Shown here: in pieces, positions 58,119 through 64,000 of the stretch
How the letters are laid out: every line of letters begins with the position of its first letter
Position numbering within the stretch: position 1 is the stretch's first letter
DNA from: an uncultured Candidatus Rokubacteria bacterium
GTDB taxonomy: Bacteria > Methylomirabilota > Methylomirabilia > Rokubacteriales > DASRDR01
Length of the DNA stretch: 64,000 nucleotides
Direction: 5' to 3'
Assembly: GCA_963826115.1 (NCBI GenBank)
Contig: CAWGVS010000006.1
Span: 1,120,001 to 1,184,000, forward strand
Translations under genes and position numbers: made by a program
The notes under the pieces: model-generated
The model's database searches: none
What the model saw: the letters and a program-made list of their open reading frames with translations, nothing else
Told to the model about the DNA's origin: nothing

Positions 58119-59105
58119 ATGCGACTCAGGTTCGGGATCTGTCCTACGGAGGGCGGCCACTTCTTCCGGGAATCACTGGCCGAGGTCGAGCGCGCCGAGG
58201 CGCTGGGTCTCGACTCGGTGTGGCTCGCCGAGCACCACGGCGTCCGCGACCACTACTGGCCCGCGCCGGTCCAGATGCTGACCGCGCTCGCCGCGCGGAC
58301 GTCGCGCGTGACCCTCGGCGCGAACGTGTGCGTGTTCCCGTTCTACCACCCGGTGCGGCTCGCCGAGGAGACGGCCCTCCTCGACGTGGTCTCGAACGGG
58401 CGCGCCGTCCTGGGGGTCGCCATCGGCTACAAGCCCGACGAGTTCCTCCTCTACGACGCTCAGCTCGAGAAGCGCGGGGCGCGGCTCGAGGAGGGCCTCG
58501 CCCTCATGAAGGCGCTCTGGACGCGGGACGGCGTGACCCACCGCGGGGCGCACTTCACGGTCGTGGACGGGCGGATCGAGCCGAAGCCGGTCCAGCAGCC
58601 CCACCCGCCGGTGTGGATCGGCGGCTGGGGCGACGTCACCCTCCGTCGCGCCGCGCTCCTCGCCGACGCGTGGCTGCCGGGCCCGACGGCGGACCTCCCG
58701 CGGCTCCTCCGGAGCCAGGCGCAGATCCGGGAGCACCGCCGGCAGGCCGGCCTCCCCGAGCCCGCCGAGTGGCCGGTGACGCGCGAGCTCTGCATCGCGG
58801 AGACGGAGCGCGAGGCGCGCGAGCTGGCCGACCGCCACCTCATGCTCGCCTACGGGAAGGAGTACGGCGGGACCTGGAAGCATCCCTTCATCGACGCGGA
58901 GACCGCGGCGGACCTCGACCGTCTCGCCGCGAACCGCTTCCTCATCGGGACGCCGGACCGGGTCGTCCGGGACCTCCAGCCGTTCGTCCGGGAGTACGGG
59001 ATGACCCACGTGATCTTCCGGCTCTTCACGCCCGGCATGCCGCACCGGCAGGTGCTGCGCCAGATCGAGCTCCTGGCGCGAGAGGTCGTCCCCGCGTTTC
59101 GCTAG
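58119..59105 (+). CDS. LLM class flavin-dependent oxidoreductase (paralog of 9218-10210)
   Basis: PTEGGH, EHHGVRDHYWP, AIGYKPDEF, WKHPFI, PGMPHR motifs shared with the first copy. Confidence 0.92.
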   Translation: MRLRFGICPTEGGHFFRESLAEVERAEALGLDSVWLAEHHGVRDHYWPAPVQMLTALAARTSRVTLGANVCVFPFYHPVRLAEETALLDVVSNGRAVLGVAIGYKPDEFLLYDAQLEKRGARLEEGLALMKALWTRDGVTHRGAHFTVVDGRIEPKPVQQPHPPVWIGGWGDVTLRRAALLADAWLPGPTADLPRLLRSQAQIREHRRQAGLPEPAEWPVTRELCIAETEREARELADRHLMLAYGKEYGGTWKHPFIDAETAADLDRLAANRFLIGTPDRVVRDLQPFVREYGMTHVIFRLFTPGMPHRQVLRQIELLAREVVPAFR

Positions 59106-59752
59106 CGCCCCGCCTCGCCCGGCGGCGCGACGACGGCCCGGACGAGCATTTGCTTCCCGAGCGGCTTCCAGGGGAGCCGGAGGTACAGGCGGATCAGGGC
59201 GGGCGACACGGGCAGCCGCGACGCGACCGTGAGCGGGAGAAACCGCGGCCGGCACTCGACGACGCGAAAGCCGTTGACCGCGAGGAAGTCCACGAGGCTC
59301 CGGTCCGTGTAGACGGTCTGGTGCGTGTAGTCGTCGAAGTACTCGCGATGGGCGTACCGGTAGTTCGGCTGGAGGAGCGCGATCGATCCCCCGGGGGCGA
59401 GCGTCCGCCGGAGCTCCGCGAGGACCCGGGCGCCGTCGCTCCGCGTCAAGTGCTCCAGCAGGTTGCTGGCGAGCGCGAAGTCGACCGAGCCGTCCGGGAT
59501 GACACCGAGGTCGGTCACGTCACCGACGTGCGCCGTGACGCCGGGCGCGAGGTGGCGGGGCATCCCGCCCCACTGATCGACCGCGATCCGCCGCGCGCAC
59601 CGGATGTTGTTGATGAAGTGGCCGTAGCCGGCGCCGAGGTCGAGCACGCACGCGTCCGGCCGGACCAGCGCCTGGAAGTAGTACCGGCAGAGGGCCTGCC
59701 ACACGACGTCCCGGCGCGGATCGAAGGGCAGGCGGGTCTCGTGGTAGCTCAT
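59102..59752 (-). CDS. Class I SAM-dependent methyltransferase
   Basis: VLDLGAGYGHF, ASNLLEHL, YFDDYTH. Confidence 0.88.
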   Translation of the reverse strand: MSYHETRLPFDPRRDVVWQALCRYYFQALVRPDACVLDLGAGYGHFINNIRCARRIAVDQWGGMPRHLAPGVTAHVGDVTDLGVIPDGSVDFALASNLLEHLTRSDGARVLAELRRTLAPGGSIALLQPNYRYAHREYFDDYTHQTVYTDRSLVDFLAVNGFRVVECRPRFLPLTVASRLPVSPALIRLYLRLPWKPLGKQMLVRAVVAPPGEAGR

Positions 59753-60801
59753 CGGCCGCGTCTCGTGACGCGCCGCCAGCCGAAGAGCAGCCCGGCCACC
59801 ATCCGCAGCCCCACCCGCGCCGCGACCCAGTTGCTCGAGGCGCCCTTGCTCCGGCCATACCGGGCGTGGAAGGTCACCGGGCACTCGACGACGCGGAAGC
59901 CGTGGCCCAGGGCCGTGTCGAGGAAATGGGCGTTGAACTCGAGGTTCACCGCGGAGTCGAGGCGCGGCAGGAGGCGGGCCAGCGCGTCGTTCCGGCAGAG
60001 CTTGTAGGTGGTGCCGACGTCGGTGAACGTGCCGCGGCCGAGGTGCTTGAGCTCGAGCAGCTTCCCGACGATGAAGTTGCCGTAGTACATGCCGGTGGTC
60101 AGCTGCGTCCGGAACGCGCGGAGCTGCTCGACGATGCGCGTCCCGTTCACGATGTCGGCGTGCGGCGCGTAGGCGAGGAACTTGTCGATGTCGTAGGCGC
60201 GGTACGTCATGTCCCCCTCGCAGAGGAGGGTGAGGTCGGTGTCGCCGTGGGAGAGCCCCTCGGCGAGGGCCCGCCAGACGCACCGGCCGTAGCCCGGCTG
60301 GAGCTCGCGGACCACGAGCGCGCCGGCCTCCGCTGCCACCGCGGAGGTGCGATCGACGCTGTTGTTGTCGACCACGACGACCCGCCGGGTCCGCGGGTGC
60401 GCGCAGAAGTCGCGGACCGCCGGCCCGATGCTCTCCTCGTCGTTGTACGCCGTCAGCACCACGGTGACGTCCAGGTTGGCGAGAGGCTCGTAGCGCACGT
60501 CCAGGCCGAGGCGCTTCCGGGGCAGGAGGACGAGCAGGTCGACGGTGATGAGGACGAGGCCCGTGACGACCGGGATCCCGCTGTACCAGACCACCTTCTG
60601 GAGGAAGGGCAGCAGGACATCGTGCCGATCGAAGGGGAGGGTCAGGAACCGGCCGAGGACCCCGAGCGTGTAGATGGCGAAGCCGATGCCCGCCAGGAGG
60701 AGACCCCAGAGGAGCGCGGGAAACGTCGCGCGCGCCGGGACGACCCCCGCGTCATCGGCGGGCTCGGGCGGCGGCGTCAGCGCGTGCGGGCGGGCGCTCA
60801 C
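59749..60801 (-). CDS. GT2 polyprenol-phosphate glycosyltransferase-like, two N-terminal TM helices
   Basis: VVLTAYNDEESI, VVDNNSVDRT, GYG, EGDMTY, PVTFHARYGRSK. Confidence 0.85.
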   Translation of the reverse strand: MSARPHALTPPPEPADDAGVVPARATFPALLWGLLLAGIGFAIYTLGVLGRFLTLPFDRHDVLLPFLQKVVWYSGIPVVTGLVLITVDLLVLLPRKRLGLDVRYEPLANLDVTVVLTAYNDEESIGPAVRDFCAHPRTRRVVVVDNNSVDRTSAVAAEAGALVVRELQPGYGRCVWRALAEGLSHGDTDLTLLCEGDMTYRAYDIDKFLAYAPHADIVNGTRIVEQLRAFRTQLTTGMYYGNFIVGKLLELKHLGRGTFTDVGTTYKLCRNDALARLLPRLDSAVNLEFNAHFLDTALGHGFRVVECPVTFHARYGRSKGASSNWVAARVGLRMVAGLLFGWRRVTRRGR

Positions 60802-62357
60802 CAGCTGACCATCGACGCGTCGAGGACATCGCGCATCGGCGCGCAGCCGAGGCGCTGGAGCCCGTCCTTCAGGCGCGCGGTGTCACGCTCGTCCTTGGGC
60901 AGATGGAACAGGCGCCCCGCCAGGGCGCAGTGGGGCGTGTAGGCGCCCCGGATCGCGTCCCGGAAGGCGGGGCTCAGGGACTGGAGGCCCCGGTACACGT
61001 TGTTGTCCAGGCGGGTCACGACGAGGTCGAACTCTCGCGCGCGGAGCCGGCCGGCCAGCGGCCCGGTGTCGTACCGGCCCTGCTTCTCGAGGAGGTAGAT
61101 GAGGGACGGCTCGGTGATCGGCGGCGAGGGCGCCAGGAGGGCGAGCGGCCCCGCCGCCGGGAACACCCTCTTGTCCTGCAGGATCTCGTGGAGGGCGTGC
61201 CACTCGGCGTTCCGGGCCCGGACGTCCCAGGTCAGCGATTTCTTGACCGAGCCCAGGATCGTCGGGAGCTGGATGGCGAGGATCAGCACCGCGACGAGCA
61301 CTTGCACGACCGGGGCCTGACCGGCGAGCCGGTAGAGCCGGAACGGCACCACGCTCGCGAGCGGCACCGCCACGAGCAAGGTCTCGAAGAGGTAGTTGAA
61401 GTTCGCGCCGGGGTGCCGCATCGTGGCCAAACCCACCAGCAGCGAGACGGCGGCGTACAGGAGGAGCAGGCCACTCTTCGGCCCGAGCCGGCGGAGGAAG
61501 AGCGGCACCGCGCTGAGCGCCAGCAGGAACACCGGCTCGGACGCCACCGCGAACCCGAACCGCACCCAGCCCCGGTACTCCGTCAATGACGACCGGATGG
61601 CCGTGACGTTCTCGATCAGATGGGGCTCGAACGGGACGAAGACGAGGTAGCTGCCGGCGGCGGTCAGCGCGGCACCGGCCGCGAGCTCGGCCGCGTGCCG
61701 GTAGCGACGTCTCCAGACGAGCCACAGGACGCCCGTGATCGCCGCCGACACGAACGTCAGCTTGAAGCCAAACGAGAGGCCGGCCGCGAGCCCCGCGAGC
61801 GCCGGCGCGCCGCGCCACCGGCCCATGAGGATCCGGACCGACAGGAGCGCGAACAGGAGCCCGATGAAGTCGGCGCGGATCTGCGGCGCCCACTCGCCGA
61901 AGACGTAGACGGAGAAGCCGAGGAGGCCGCTCCACACCACGACGCGCGGGTGGCGGGTCAAGGCCCTGGTCACCGACATGGCGACGAGCACGGTCAGCGC
62001 GAAGAACGTCAGGGCCATGAGACGCGCGGGCAGGAAGGGATTCGCGGGCTGCGCCAGACGGTACGGGATCGATGCCAGGAGGTAGAACATCGGACTGTAC
62101 AGGCTCGGGTTGTGGGGTGCCTCGTCCGGGCCGCGATAGAGACGGCCGGTGAGGGCGTACTGCCGCACGTCGTAGAGGATGAAGGTGTCCCCGTATCCGA
62201 CCTCGTCCAGGAGCGGCATGGTCACCGCGAAGCGCAGGACGTTCGCCCCGAGCCCCAGGACGACACAGAGGAGGAGAGCAAGGTACGCCCACGGCAGGCC
62301 TCCGGCCCGGCGGCGCGGCGCCGCCCGACCCCCCCCGATGACGGGTTCGCTCGTCAC
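60798..62357 (-). CDS. Multi-TM membrane protein, GT-C (ArnT/PMT-like) glycosyltransferase candidate
   Basis: More than 10 hydrophobic segments; first-loop GYGD, YSPMFY, RAD, FK; clustered with GT2. Start uncertain (62357 or 62414). Confidence 0.65.
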   Translation of the reverse strand: MTSEPVIGGGRAAPRRRAGGLPWAYLALLLCVVLGLGANVLRFAVTMPLLDEVGYGDTFILYDVRQYALTGRLYRGPDEAPHNPSLYSPMFYLLASIPYRLAQPANPFLPARLMALTFFALTVLVAMSVTRALTRHPRVVVWSGLLGFSVYVFGEWAPQIRADFIGLLFALLSVRILMGRWRGAPALAGLAAGLSFGFKLTFVSAAITGVLWLVWRRRYRHAAELAAGAALTAAGSYLVFVPFEPHLIENVTAIRSSLTEYRGWVRFGFAVASEPVFLLALSAVPLFLRRLGPKSGLLLLYAAVSLLVGLATMRHPGANFNYLFETLLVAVPLASVVPFRLYRLAGQAPVVQVLVAVLILAIQLPTILGSVKKSLTWDVRARNAEWHALHEILQDKRVFPAAGPLALLAPSPPITEPSLIYLLEKQGRYDTGPLAGRLRAREFDLVVTRLDNNVYRGLQSLSPAFRDAIRGAYTPHCALAGRLFHLPKDERDTARLKDGLQRLGCAPMRDVLDASMVSW

Positions 62358-62533
62358 AGGCCCTCTCGCCCTGTGTGGCAGGAGGCTCGCGTTCCAGCGA
62401 CGCGGCAATCTCACGCGTCGCCCGCACCGCTACCGTAGCACGCACGGTGCCAGCGGTACCGACGCCGCCGGACGGGGTCCAGCAAGTCCGGCGGCGGGAG
62501 GTCAGCTCGGCATTCGTCAGACGCGACGCGGTT

Positions 62534-63662
62534 TCATCGCTTCGGCTTGCAGGTCGCCTCGATCTCCAGGACCGCGTCGCCGGACAGGGTCCCGACCGCG
62601 CTCGTCATCATGGCCGCGCCGCTCGTCGCGTAGGGATAGACGAGCCGCGCGCCGTCGCGCGCCTCGAGCTCCACGGTGACCGGGGGTGGCGGCGCCATCA
62701 CCGGCACGGACATGCCGGAGCCGTTCGGGCACCGGACGCCGAAGGGCGACATGCGCTGCCCGTCCTTGTCGATGCGGAGCTTGAACACGCCGTCCTCGAG
62801 CGTGCCCTCGACCACCATCGGAAGCATCATCGGCATGCCCGTGTACTGGCACGCGCCGCCGATGATGCGGCCCTCGAAGCTTCGCGTCGCGCGGCCGCTG
62901 ACCGACTGGGGCGCCGGGCCCTCCGTGATCTCGAGGGGCACCAACGCCGTGGACCCGTACTCCGCGGCGGTGCCCACCGGCCCCATCGGGACCTTCCAGT
63001 CCATGCGGGCGACGCTCTTGAAGACCAGCGCGTACTGGAGGTCCGCCGACAGCTTCTCGACGAGGCTCTGGAGCTCGGCGATCTCCAGCTCGTACGACTC
63101 GACCTCCTCCCACCGGTCGGCGCTCGGCATGCCGGCCTTTCAGTCCCGGCCATCGTGTCGGGGATGACGGTGCGTCGTGCGCCGAGGTCTCCCGGCGCTC
63201 TTTCGCGCCTCGCAGACGTCGTGGTGGTAGTCCTCGTGGTGCTCGACCGCCTCGGCGACCTCCCGGCAGGGCGCCCGGGCCTTCTCTCGGGCCAGGTGGT
63301 CGGGCCGGGCTCGCACACGGCGCTGTCGAACTCGATCAGCGTGTCATGTCCCCGGCGATCGTCCGATCGCTCTCTTCGAGGAGCTCGCGGAGCTTGGCTC
63401 TCCTTTGTCTCCACGGGAGTCCGAGCTCTGCAGGATCGGGCCTCTCCTTCTCGAAGAGGTCGTCCATCTGGTCTGCGGTAGTAGTCACGCATGGCCTGCT
63501 TCTCGGCCAGCCGCTCCGGATCGCGTCGAGGTGCTTGCACTCGCACGCCTCCTGCTGCGCGGACGCCGGGCGGGCCGGAGAGACGAGGAGCGCGACGAGC
63601 GCGAGAGCGGCCGCCGCCCACGGGAGCGTCGGCCGCCGATGCCGGGAGCGTTCACCTCGCAT
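62534..63662 (-). pseudogene. Multiply frameshifted secreted protein with HExxH motif
   Basis: GGAGG RBS and signal peptide (...SPARPASA); coding-like segments in three frames; HEDYH at 63238-63224 and EEVESY downstream. Confidence 0.55.
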
Positions 63663-63766
63663 GGCGCCACCTCCGTGCCGAGATCGTCGCCTCGGCCGCC
63701 CGGACGTCCGGCGCCGGCCCGTCCGACCGTCGGCTCGCGCGGGGCCGGAGCCTGCCCGGCGACGCG

Positions 63767-64000
63767 CTACCGCCGCGCGAGCGCGTTCCGCGCGAGGAGC
63801 TCGCCGATCAGGTCGTCGAAGGCGCCGACCGTGTCGTCGATGTCCTGCTCCTCGTGGGCGGCCGACGTCATGCCGCCGTTGTAGGAGAGGAGCTCGATGC
63901 CCCGCACCCGGAACCCGTTCTGGAGCGCCCGCACGAGGTTGGCGTCCATGCTCTTGAGGGTGACGGTGTCGAGCCAGCGATAGTCCTCGGGCCGCGCGAC
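63767..64000 (-). CDS. C-terminus of class III aminotransferase (GSA aminomutase-like), partial
   Basis: GGMTSAAHEEQDIDDTVGAF C-terminal motif; runs off the window end. Confidence 0.65.
   Translation of the reverse strand, partial: VARPEDYRWLDTVTLKSMDANLVRALQNGFRVRGIELLSYNGGMTSAAHEEQDIDDTVGAFDDLIGELLARNALARR

Noticed and set aside
63140-63142. In-frame TGA as a second selenocysteine
   Set aside because: Not in a Cys-like motif, lies amid several frameshifts, and no convincing SECIS hairpin seen.
1-64000. Many long alternative-frame or antisense ORFs (e.g. 119-2155 -, 20660-23089 -, 31342-34404 -, 35066-37861 +, 49183-52083 -)
   Set aside because: Arg/Gly/Pro/Ala-rich shadows of real genes, expected at this GC content; no family motifs.
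1-64000. tRNA, rRNA, CRISPR array, integrase or transposase
   Set aside because: None recognised by eye in intergenic regions or ORFs; tRNAscan and Infernal could not be run.

Overview
Very GC-rich bacterial chromosomal window with about 60 densely packed genes, mostly metabolic or transport. Gene content and style suggest Candidatus Rokubacteria/Methylomirabilota (inference only). It holds two tungsten-type aldehyde:ferredoxin oxidoreductases (one in an Fe-S/FAD/AOR/MoaD operon), addB-addA, three LLM oxidoreductases, ABC transporters, a membrane class III cyclase, a di-heme peroxidase behind a sigma54-type promoter, ybbAP-tesA-chaN, vapBC and a glycosyltransferase trio. I saw no rRNA, tRNA, CRISPR array, transposase or prophage. 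Best hidden signals: (1) a DedA-rhodanese gene whose active-site YCSCP motif reads YCS-TGA-P, followed by a SECIS-like hairpin and 49 more in-frame sense codons, i.e. a probable membrane selenoprotein that the ORF track truncates; (2) a leaderless, signal-peptide-bearing small ORF ending in RGPP (arrest-peptide-like), followed by two hairpins upstream of yjbQ and a broken NRAMP; (3) an orphan Hcp with a Sec signal peptide; (4) AddA with a degenerate nuclease domain; (5) two palindromic intergenic elements. Several frameshifts or deletions may be real decay or consensus errors. Most long alternative-frame ORFs in the track are GC shadows.
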